From Chloroflexota bacterium (GTDB lineage: Bacteria; Chloroflexota; UBA11872; VXOZ01): a stretch of DNA of 64,000 nt. This document shows, piece after piece, positions 40,631-48,599 of the stretch. A program made the translations under genes and the position numbers. The notes beneath the pieces were generated by a model. That model was not told where the DNA came from, searched no databases, and worked only from the letters and a program-made list of their open reading frames with translations. The stretch spans positions 1,440,001 through 1,504,000 of the forward strand of contig OZ244922.1 in the NCBI GenBank assembly GCA_965221905.1. The letters are read 5' to 3'. Position 1 is the first letter of the stretch. Each line of letters begins with the position of its first letter.

Positions 40631-42330
40631 GCGTATCTTGTCTCTTCTACTTCATCGCTTTCGATTGTCTCGGCCAAGCTGGAGCCGGCCGGCACCATGG
40701 GATAGACCTTCTCAGCTTCGTCCACCACCAGATCGAGCAGCACGGGGCCGGGAGTTCTCTGTGCCTCTTTTAGCACCTTGACCACATCGTCCTTCGTCGT
40801 CGCTCGCAGACCTGTTATGCCATAGGCTTCGGCGAGCTTTACGAAGTCCGGGTTCTCCAACTTAGCGCTCATGAAACGACCGTCGTAGAAGAGGGTCTGC
40901 CACTGCCGAATCATGCCGAGATGGCTATTGTTGATTATGGCAATCTTGACGTCCACGTTGTGCTCCTTGACGACTGCAAGGTCCTGCAGGGTCATTTGGA
41001 ACCCGCCGTCGCCGATGATGCACCACACCTGTTCATTGGGGCGCGCAAACTTTACCCCAATAGACGCAGGAAAAGCGTAGCCCATAGCGCCAAGGCCGCC
41101 CGACGAGAAGAATGTATTCCTTCGGTCGTACCAGAAGTGCTGCGCGGCCCACATCTGCGCTTGGCCGACGTCCGTGACGACCACTGCATCGCCCTTAGTG
41201 ATGTGGTAGATCTGGCGAATGACCCACTGCGGCAGGACTATTTCGGTCTCGCGGATTGCGAGGCTGGGATGCTCCTCGCGCCATTGGCAAACCTGCTTGA
41301 CCCAAGGGCTGTGGTCGAGCCGGTCGATTTCGTCGATGAGCGCACGAATAGTGGGCTTAAGGTCGGCCACGATGCCGACGTCGGTTGTAACGTTCTTCCC
41401 GATTTCCGCCGGGTCGATGTCCACGTGGATAATGCGCGCCCCTGTAGCAAAGTCGGCGAGCCGACCCGTTACACGATCATCGAATCGCATGCCCAAGGAG
41501 ATCAGGAGGTCTGCGCGGTCTACGGCCCAGTTAGCGTAGATATTGCCATGCATGCCTACCATGCCGAAAGAGAGATCATGGCTTTCCGGGAAGGAGGAGA
41601 CACCGTGCAGCGTCGTGATGACCGGTATGTTCGCCTTCTCCGCAAACGCCAGCAATTCATCATAGGCACGGGAGTAGTGGATGCCATGACCGGCCAAGAT
41701 GATCGGCTTCTCTGATCCGTGGATCACTTCCGCAGCTTCGCGCACGAGAGTTGGATCGGGCTGCATGCCTTCCTCCGGGTTGTACCCGGGAATATTAGGC
41801 GGTGGAAAGCCGTCGAATTCGACCTCTTCCAGAAAAACGTCTTTGGGAACGTCCACCTGCACCGGTCCTGGTCGTCCCGTATTAGCCACGTAGAATGCTT
41901 CTTCCATCACGCGGGGAAGCTCTTCGGCGTGCATCACGAGCCAGTTGTGCTTGGTGATGGGCAGCATCACGCCGGTCGCGTCAGTTTCTTGAAAGCCGTC
42001 GGTGCCGAGCAGGTTGCGGGGAACCTGACCGGTGATGGCAACCACGGGGACCGAGTCCATGTGGGCGCCTGCGATGCCGGTGACGAGATTAGTGACGCCC
42101 GGCCCGCTGGTAGCGATGCACACGCCTACGTCTCCACTGGCACGGGCAAAGCCGTCGGCTGCGAAGGCAGCACCTTGTTCGTGACGCACAAGGATGTGAT
42201 CGATCCTGTCCTGATAGTGATAGAGCGCGTCATAGAGGGGCAGGCACGCACCTCCGGGATACCCGAATACAGTGTGCACGCCGTGCGCCACCAAGCTATC
42301 CAAGATGATCTCTGCACCGGTCTTTTTCAT
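40627..42330 (-). CDS. ilvB: Acetolactate synthase large subunit
   Basis: FGYPGG, RHEQGA, TSGPG, GDGGFQM ThDP motif. Confidence 0.97.
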   Translation of the reverse strand: MKKTGAEIILDSLVAHGVHTVFGYPGGACLPLYDALYHYQDRIDHILVRHEQGAAFAADGFARASGDVGVCIATSGPGVTNLVTGIAGAHMDSVPVVAITGQVPRNLLGTDGFQETDATGVMLPITKHNWLVMHAEELPRVMEEAFYVANTGRPGPVQVDVPKDVFLEEVEFDGFPPPNIPGYNPEEGMQPDPTLVREAAEVIHGSEKPIILAGHGIHYSRAYDELLAFAEKANIPVITTLHGVSSFPESHDLSFGMVGMHGNIYANWAVDRADLLISLGMRFDDRVTGRLADFATGARIIHVDIDPAEIGKNVTTDVGIVADLKPTIRALIDEIDRLDHSPWVKQVCQWREEHPSLAIRETEIVLPQWVIRQIYHITKGDAVVVTDVGQAQMWAAQHFWYDRRNTFFSSGGLGAMGYAFPASIGVKFARPNEQVWCIIGDGGFQMTLQDLAVVKEHNVDVKIAIINNSHLGMIRQWQTLFYDGRFMSAKLENPDFVKLAEAYGITGLRATTKDDVVKVLKEAQRTPGPVLLDLVVDEAEKVYPMVPAGSSLAETIESDEVEETRYA

Positions 42331-42584
42331 CTGCTCCCTACCTTGTTATCCACTAGCACACTAGGTTCGTTTCGATTGCGATTCGCTACGCGGGCCATCG
42401 TTGCGCGTTCCATAGAGGCGCCGCAGCGATACGTACCGCCCCGCAAGACGTGGCAATCTCCAGCCCATGGGAACGCCCCGTCTTACAGGTCTTTGCCTCC
42501 GTTGTACCGAGTATGTTCATCCACTTCATGATACTAGCCCAACCAAACGCTGTTAAGCGATTGTCGACACTATTGTTGGCCCTT

Positions 42585-42929
42585 CTATGCTACCGCGATG
42601 CCAAACTTGGCTAACACGTGCCGCACGATGAAGAAGGCCGCTACGAGTAGCCACGCCAGGACTAACTCAGCAGCCAGCAGCATCGGGCTAAGGCGCCATA
42701 ACTGGGCCAAGGCCTGTTCAGCGGCCTGCCAGCTTCCTTCTATCAGTCCATTCGTCAATGCAATTGGGACTCCCACGAGCAATAGGGCGAACCCTCCCAA
42801 AATGAGAATAATGGCGGAGAACGCCAAGGCGCCTGAGGCGAGCGCTCGCTTGCTCCAGCGATATTCTCTAGAGAGCCCATCCGGCTCAATCGTCATCTCT
42901 ACGGTAGATTCTGGAATATCATTCAACAT
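42585..42929 (-). CDS. Small hypothetical membrane protein (2 TM)
   Basis: Two long hydrophobic stretches; start uncertain. Confidence 0.5.
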   Translation of the reverse strand: MLNDIPESTVEMTIEPDGLSREYRWSKRALASGALAFSAIILILGGFALLLVGVPIALTNGLIEGSWQAAEQALAQLWRLSPMLLAAELVLAWLLVAAFFIVRHVLAKFGIAVA

Positions 42930-42966
42930 TGCTTCAATTGCCCGGTAAATGCTAAGGACGCGACTA

Positions 42967-42997
42967 ACAAAAAACCCGTCCCCACAATTGGGACGGG
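42967..42997 (-). terminator. Intrinsic terminator / possible attenuator
   Basis: CCCGTCCC-aattgtg-GGGACGGG-TTTTTTGTT on the minus strand. Confidence 0.85.
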
Positions 42998-43186
42998 CAT
43001 CCATAAATCCTACAATGCGTACAGTGTATCTCGTCTTGCTGGTTAGTGTGCACGCCCGGTGCCTGACTTTCTGTGCCTTTCGTCAGGCGACCTCGTATCT
43101 GCTCGTGCATCACATCTCTATGATCGGTGCTGGAAGTTGCTGCCGTCCCGCTGGTACGTGTGTGTATGTTCTCTCTCTTGCGCCGC

Positions 43187-43282
43187 CTAGGCGGCTACAT
43201 GAATCATCAACACAAGCGGCCACAACTCGGGAGTGTGGCCGCCATGTAGTGCGAGGCTTTTCTTACCCGCAACACGGTTCAT
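43187..43282 (-). CDS. Candidate leader peptide MNRVAGKKSLALHGGHTPELWPLVLMIHVAA
   Basis: Short ORF between promoter and terminator upstream of the ilv-leu genes; L/V/I cluster at the C-terminus; weak SD. Confidence 0.35.
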   Translation of the reverse strand: MNRVAGKKSLALHGGHTPELWPLVLMIHVAA

Positions 43283-43333
43283 GGCAGCGCTCGTCGCCTT
43301 TTAGGTTTACTGACTTCAGCTCTATTCTTGTAC

Positions 43334-43363
43334 GTTATATCACGAGACCGGCGGCGGCGTCAA
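43334..43363 (-). promoter_or_regulatory. Sigma70-like promoter with extended -10
   Basis: TTGACG-18 nt-TATAAC preceded by TGn. Confidence 0.65.
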
Positions 43364-43545
43364 GAGCGCAGGCAGTGTGTAGTTGACAACAATTCGCAGT
43401 TTCTGGTAGTTTTGGAGATAGGTCAAGGAAACTCCTGTGATGGCGCCTTACTTGCGCCGGCGTGCGCAAGATTGACAGGGGCAATCTGTTAGCTCTTTTA
43501 TGGTGATTACCTGACAGTCGCTTGGTGCAAAAGAAGGAAAGCTTA

Positions 43546-43992
43546 ATGAGGGGTATTCCCGGTCGTCCTGATATCAAGATTGTGCCCACTCTGGATGGTG
43601 GCCAGGAAATTCTACAGATGGTGGCAGGCATGCTCTTCGTGTGTGAAGCATGCTGCTGTGGCAATGGGTACTCCAGCCCCAGAATCGAAAAGGCCCACTT
43701 CTTGCGGGAGGCGCGTCGCCGGGGTATTTCGGAGCAAATTGGCATTGTGTTCACGGCCGATGACGGCGGTGGTTGCCTGGGACCGTGCGGCCTTGGAAAT
43801 AACGTGTTCATGTATCTCTTTGGCAGAGGGATGTGGTTCCAGCGCATGAACACGAAGTCAGATATTAATGCGCTGTATAGCTATCTTGAAGAAAGTATCC
43901 AACTCGGCCAACCCGCACCGGTTGAAGGAAGCTTGGCCCAGCGGGTCTACACCAAAGTGCAGGGCGAGCAGGTACCGGTGGCCGCCACGTGA
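43546..43992 (+). CDS. Thioredoxin-like (2Fe-2S) ferredoxin-domain protein
   Basis: LFVCEACCCG ... GCLGPC; AAGGA RBS. Confidence 0.78.
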   Translation: MRGIPGRPDIKIVPTLDGGQEILQMVAGMLFVCEACCCGNGYSSPRIEKAHFLREARRRGISEQIGIVFTADDGGGCLGPCGLGNNVFMYLFGRGMWFQRMNTKSDINALYSYLEESIQLGQPAPVEGSLAQRVYTKVQGEQVPVAAT

Positions 43993-44062
43993 TCCTCATC
44001 CCCTAGCTACAACGCCTGGCATCGGGGTAAAGGGGTAGACTGCTGGACCCGGCAGGTTACGC

Positions 44063-44432
44063 TTAGCTGCGCCTGAACTCTACCGCCGACCTGATGAGCC
44101 GCTTGAGCGAGAGCACTCGTATGTCTCTTTGGCGGCTTATCCGCACATAGCGGGTCTGTTTCCCGTCCCCTTTTAGATGGTCTTCGGGGTCAGCCAGTAG
44201 CGCGCCGTACTCAAGGACCAGCCGCCCGCAATCCTCTTGGGGCAAGACACCACAGAAGTAGCCGCTCTCCGGATGTCGATATCCAATGCCGCGCCAGACG
44301 GGATAGGCTCCTTCCGCAGCGATCGGGCAGGTCTCCCGCACCAGATTGCGCAAGCGCGCGGAGACTGTACGCGATAAGGATGTGAACGGGCGTGATCTCG
44401 GACTCGAGGCCGTGCGAGCCGGATGCTGCCAA
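44063..44432 (-). pseudogene. DUF1801-like gene with apparent frameshift near 44350
   Basis: 3' frame LRNLVRETCP..WRGIGY..GALLADPEDHLKGDGKQTRYV; plausible N-terminus ITPVHILIAYS lies in another frame. Confidence 0.6.
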
Positions 44433-44442
44433 GAGCGGCCAC

Positions 44443-44835
44443 CTACGCTGCGTTGGGATCCGGCTGCATCATGCCGAAGAGGTTTCCCTCCGTGTCCTTG
44501 GCGTACCCAACCCAGCCGACGCCGGGCACCGGCATCTTCGGTAGGGCAATTACGCCCCCCTGTGCCGTGATCTTCTCCAAGGTAGCATCAAGGTCTGCTA
44601 CTTGGACCACGCACGTGTAGCAGTTCACCGCAGCGAACTCTTCCGGTGGGTCGCCTTGTCGCTTGACCAGACCGCCGTTGATGCCGGGCTCCTCATCGGG
44701 CCCGGTCACAATGAGCCAGTAGTTCGCGTCCCCGCCTTCCCACTGCTGGAACTCCCAGCCGAATACGCCGGCATAGAAACCTATGGCGCGCTCGGGGTCG
44801 GATGCATGAATCTCAAAGTGCACAATCCGTGACAC
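44443..44835 (-). CDS. VOC/glyoxalase family protein
   Basis: VHFEIHASDPERAIGFY..VFGW, GINGG, KDTEGNLFGM. Confidence 0.93.
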   Translation of the reverse strand: MSRIVHFEIHASDPERAIGFYAGVFGWEFQQWEGGDANYWLIVTGPDEEPGINGGLVKRQGDPPEEFAAVNCYTCVVQVADLDATLEKITAQGGVIALPKMPVPGVGWVGYAKDTEGNLFGMMQPDPNAA

Positions 44836-45074
44836 AGTTTCCCCTTTCCTTCGTCTGCGTGTCCCTTAGAATGCCTTTGCCTAAGGAAGTCTTCCTTCAC
44901 ACATTTCAGTGCATTCTAATCCAAGACACCGCCTCTGTCACAGTGCGGTGGAGAGGCTTAGATACTCTAATTCGTGCGGGCCGGTAAGAGCAAGTAGAAT
45001 TGAAATTCGCAATTGGTGGCGGCATCTCTCTACTCTGCGCGGTACTGTTTTATGCCGAAAGCGCAAAGTGGACA

Positions 45075-45635
45075 CTAGGTTGCGTTTAGGAGCCGCGTGA
45101 CCGTATTCCACGTGCGGGTGGTGATGGTTGGGCCGAACTCCCGCTCAAGTAGAGCCATGAGGTCCAGGGTGCCGCGCTGCGGCGATAGCTCAAAGGCACT
45201 GCACACTTCCCTCGCGGTCAAGCGCACCATAGCAAATCCATCTTCGGGGAAGTCGTATGACGACTCTTTGTCGCCGGTTAGTCCATCGGGGAGAAAAGTA
45301 ACGTATGACCGCGTCTGCTTGGTCGCTGCAATCTCCTTAAATGGGTTTGCAGCGACCAAGCACTGCAATTCTGCGACGGTACGAAGCAGCACGAAGATCT
45401 TGTGCCCAAATTCCTGCTTAAGGTGTTGTTCGATTGCCTCGCAAAGTACGGCCGCGTCCGTTTCCGCCGTATCAAAGAGCACGTTGCCGCTGGCAAGCAC
45501 GGTCTTCACGTTCGTGAATCCCAGTGCGGCGAACGCGGTTCGCAATTCAGCCATCTTTCTGGACCGTTTCCCCCCTACGTTTATGCCGCGAAGAAACGCA
45601 GCGTAGGGCAGTATATCGTTACCGTTCTGTTCCAT
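45075..45635 (-). CDS. DUF1697 family protein
   Basis: YAAFLRGINVGG, VKTVLASGNVLF, TTRTWNTV. Confidence 0.92.
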   Translation of the reverse strand: MEQNGNDILPYAAFLRGINVGGKRSRKMAELRTAFAALGFTNVKTVLASGNVLFDTAETDAAVLCEAIEQHLKQEFGHKIFVLLRTVAELQCLVAANPFKEIAATKQTRSYVTFLPDGLTGDKESSYDFPEDGFAMVRLTAREVCSAFELSPQRGTLDLMALLEREFGPTITTRTWNTVTRLLNAT

Positions 45636-45886
45636 GCGCGGTTGATCCTGTTGACTGGGGTAGGTCGTCTGTGTGCAAAGCTACATCAAGAAGCGTACCG
45701 GCCGGTAAAGGGCGCTTGAAGCTGTGCAATGGTAGGCACTGTGACCATTGGCAAGGAGGGTAACCGACGTGACAAGTGAAGAGTGAACTCTTCGCGTTGC
45801 AGTCAAATGCCAATTCTAACGGAAGTGAGAGTTGACGAGCGGAGCTAGGCGACTTGGGCTACCAAGCACGTGGCAACAAGGCAAAC

Positions 45887-46270
45887 TCAGTCTTTTCCGA
45901 TCTTCTCAAGCTGCAACGTATATCCGTTGGGAGTTTGGATGTTCATCTCCCAGGCATCCATTTCTTCCCAATACTGGGTTGGCATTGCAAACGCAAATGC
46001 GTTCTCAACACAAATGGCAATGACTTTACTAAAGCTATCCGTCTCCATTTGCCAGACGAAGCTTTCCATGGCTTTCATTGGATCGAAGTCACTTGTTTCC
46101 TTCAAACCAAACTCGATAGCGTCTTTTCTCAAGCCGACAAAACCAGGAAACTCGTCGCCCTGATAGGAAATCTCAAAGCCGAAGTACTTGTAGAATTCAA
46201 CTTCTAGCGCTAAGTCCCTGACATAGAGAATGGGGACAAGCCGATGGAAGTTGGGGAATTTCTCAGCCAT
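45887..46270 (-). CDS. VOC family protein
   Basis: LVPILYVRDL..FYK.FGF, TPNGYTL; visibly more AT-rich than flanks. Confidence 0.78.
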   Translation of the reverse strand: MAEKFPNFHRLVPILYVRDLALEVEFYKYFGFEISYQGDEFPGFVGLRKDAIEFGLKETSDFDPMKAMESFVWQMETDSFSKVIAICVENAFAFAMPTQYWEEMDAWEMNIQTPNGYTLQLEKIGKD

Positions 46271-46344
46271 GGCCGGTCCTTACCGTAATACCCCTTTAAG
46301 TCAACGTGTGTGCAAAGTAGCACGACCTTTAACATCAAACGAAC

Positions 46345-46435
46345 TGGCGGAGAGGGTGGGATTCGAACCCACGACGCCCTTTTGGGGCGTAATCGTTTTC
46401 GAGACGATCTCCTTCGACCACTCGGACACCTCTCC
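46345..46435 (-). tRNA. tRNA-Ser(CGA)
   Basis: GGAGAGG acceptor stem, anticodon arm ATCGT-CT CGA AA-ACGAT, long variable arm, GGTTCGAATCC, encoded CCA. Confidence 0.97.
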
Positions 46436-46787
46436 AAGGGTGGATAACTAATACGATAGCGAAACCCGGCTCAGGCTACAACCGGCCGATGCGACGCATG
46501 CTTGGCATTCCGGACCTCGCACGAGATCTTCGAGGGCTATCTACTAGGCCTTAATGCTGTGAAAGGGAAGGGTGAAGCTGATCTCGCTTGTCTGCTCGAC
46601 GGCGCGCGGTCGGATATTGACGCCAAGAACTCAAGGTTCGAGAACCGCTAGCCGCCAAACGGGCCTGAGCAATTTGGAGCGTCAAGGGAGAGGCGGGCAT
46701 TATCTTTACATAACAAGACTGCCTGCAGAAGATTACACGGCGGCGCGTGCGGCACGGCAGTGGCAAGGAGGCTGACTGAGGAAACGG

Positions 46788-47612
46788 CTAGCTTCCGGAG
46801 TACGGCTGCTGGGGCGGTGGTTCCTTCGGAGGCTGCCACTGCCCTCCCTCAGCCTGGCGCATGAGGGAGCTAATCGTCTCGTCGGGTTCTTCTTGTGAGG
46901 GATGCCAGCGCGAAAGCACGCCATCGCTCATTGTGAACGTCTCATCCGCAATGTCTCGGACAGACAGGTCGTGGGTGGCTATAACGACGGTAACGCCTTC
47001 CTGGCGCACGATTCGTGAGAAGAGGAGCATCATTTGCAGGCCGGTGACGCTATCCAGGTCGCCGGTGGGCTCGTCCGCCAGCAGGAGCGACGGTTGGTTG
47101 GCGAGGGCGCGAGCAATGGCCACGCGACCTTGTTCGCCGCCGGAAAGTTCGAACGGGCGGTGGCTGGCGCGCTTGCTCAGCCCGACCAGGTCCAATAGCT
47201 CCAGCGCGCGCTCATGACGCTTCCGCGCGCCCATACCGGCAATACGCATGGGCAACTCGACGTTCTCGTAAGCAGAGAGCACGGGCAGTAGGGCGAATGC
47301 TTGAAAGATAAAGCCGATCTTGTGGCGCCGCAGCATGGTGAGTTCGCGGTCGCTCATGCGGCGCGTATCGTTATCCATGATCTTGATCACGCCGGCCGTC
47401 GGACGGTCAAGGCCGCCTACGAGGTTGAGCAGGGTGGTCTTGCCGCTGCCGGAGCGTCCTTGCAGCGCAAGAAGACGACCGGGAGGGATTTGCCAGTCTG
47501 CCTCCCGCACGGCAAACACATCCTCACGGCCAACGTGATAGACCCGTGATACACCTTCGGCTACAGCAATTGGTTGTGCCATGGCTACCATCTTGCCTTT
47601 ACTGATTATCAA
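46788..47612 (-). CDS. ABC ATPase, LolD/MacB family
   Basis: GRSGSGKT, LSGGEQ, LLADEPTGDLD, H-loop; start may be 47582. Confidence 0.94.
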   Translation of the reverse strand: MIISKGKMVAMAQPIAVAEGVSRVYHVGREDVFAVREADWQIPPGRLLALQGRSGSGKTTLLNLVGGLDRPTAGVIKIMDNDTRRMSDRELTMLRRHKIGFIFQAFALLPVLSAYENVELPMRIAGMGARKRHERALELLDLVGLSKRASHRPFELSGGEQGRVAIARALANQPSLLLADEPTGDLDSVTGLQMMLLFSRIVRQEGVTVVIATHDLSVRDIADETFTMSDGVLSRWHPSQEEPDETISSLMRQAEGGQWQPPKEPPPQQPYSGS

Positions 47613-47654
47613 GCATACTCAAATTAAGCAGAGGTGAGGCGGGCAATGTGCGTT

Positions 47655-48599
47655 CTACCGGCGCAGCAAGCCTCGCAACCCTCGTTTCTCCTTTTCCTCA
47701 TCACTGGATGAATAGGCCGGCTTTACGATAATGCCGTCGTCCGATATCTCGACAATGGCACGGTCGCGGATGCCGAATTGGTCGAGGTACTCCTGGGGGA
47801 TCTGGAGGCGGCCGGCAGAATCGAGCACCACGTATTCGTCGTGGCTAATCGCCTCCTCGCCTTCCTCAAGGCTTCTGCGGCGCACCGTCTCGGTGCTGGT
47901 ACGACCGTCCCGGATGGCGACAACCCGGTCTACGCGATAAGCAACATTCGGGTCGTGGCTCACGATGATGATTGTGGTGCCGAATTCTTCGTTGACGCGG
48001 CGAAACGTGTCGTAGATGGTGCTGGCGGTTTGGGTATCGACCTCACCGGTGGGCTCATCCGCAAGCAGCAGCGGCGGCGAGAGTGCCAGAGAGATAGAGA
48101 TAGCAACGCGTTGCTGTTCACCGCCGGATAGTTGCCCCACGCGGTGGCGAAGGCGGTGTCCCAGACCCACGGCCTCCAGCAATTCCGTTGCTCTCGCCTC
48201 GCGCTTCTTTGTGGACATGCCGGCAATAATCAATGGCATCTGGACGTTCTCCAGCGCCGTAAGATACGAAATCAAGTTGCGCGAACTCTGTTGCCATACA
48301 AAGCCGACCATGTGCCGCTTATACCAGACAAGGTCCGTGTCTGAGAACTTGATCAGGTTCAACCCGCCAACCGTTAGAGTGCCGGCGCTTGGTCGGTCCA
48401 GTCCCCCCAAAGTATTGAGGAGCGTCGACTTTCCACTGCCGGAGTTCCCAATGATGGCCATGATCTCGCCGCTGGCCACCTCTAGATCAAGCCCTTGCAG
48501 GGCAACAACCTCGAGGTCCGCGACTTTGTAGATCTTGACGAGGTTGTCGCAAATGATGAAAGGCTTACCACGTTCTGGCAGTGCCGGAATTCTCTTCAT
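47655..48599 (-). CDS. ABC ATPase, LolD/MacB family, with C-terminal AbrB/SpoVT-like domain
   Basis: GNSGSGKS, LSGGEQQR, DEPTGEVD; tail VVLDSAGRLQIPQEYLDQFGI..IIVKP. Confidence 0.92.
   Translation of the reverse strand: MKRIPALPERGKPFIICDNLVKIYKVADLEVVALQGLDLEVASGEIMAIIGNSGSGKSTLLNTLGGLDRPSAGTLTVGGLNLIKFSDTDLVWYKRHMVGFVWQQSSRNLISYLTALENVQMPLIIAGMSTKKREARATELLEAVGLGHRLRHRVGQLSGGEQQRVAISISLALSPPLLLADEPTGEVDTQTASTIYDTFRRVNEEFGTTIIIVSHDPNVAYRVDRVVAIRDGRTSTETVRRRSLEEGEEAISHDEYVVLDSAGRLQIPQEYLDQFGIRDRAIVEISDDGIIVKPAYSSSDEEKEKRGLRGLLRR

Noticed and set aside
43060-43090. Hammerhead-like CTGACGA..GAAA on the minus strand (also CTGATGA..GAAA at 14-38)
   Set aside because: No stem II can form; at 43060-43090 the core is itself base-paired in a hairpin
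45780-45886. Integron attC sites between the small minus-strand genes
   Set aside because: Only an isolated GTTAG; no matching RYYYAAC or L boxes, no repetition, no intI
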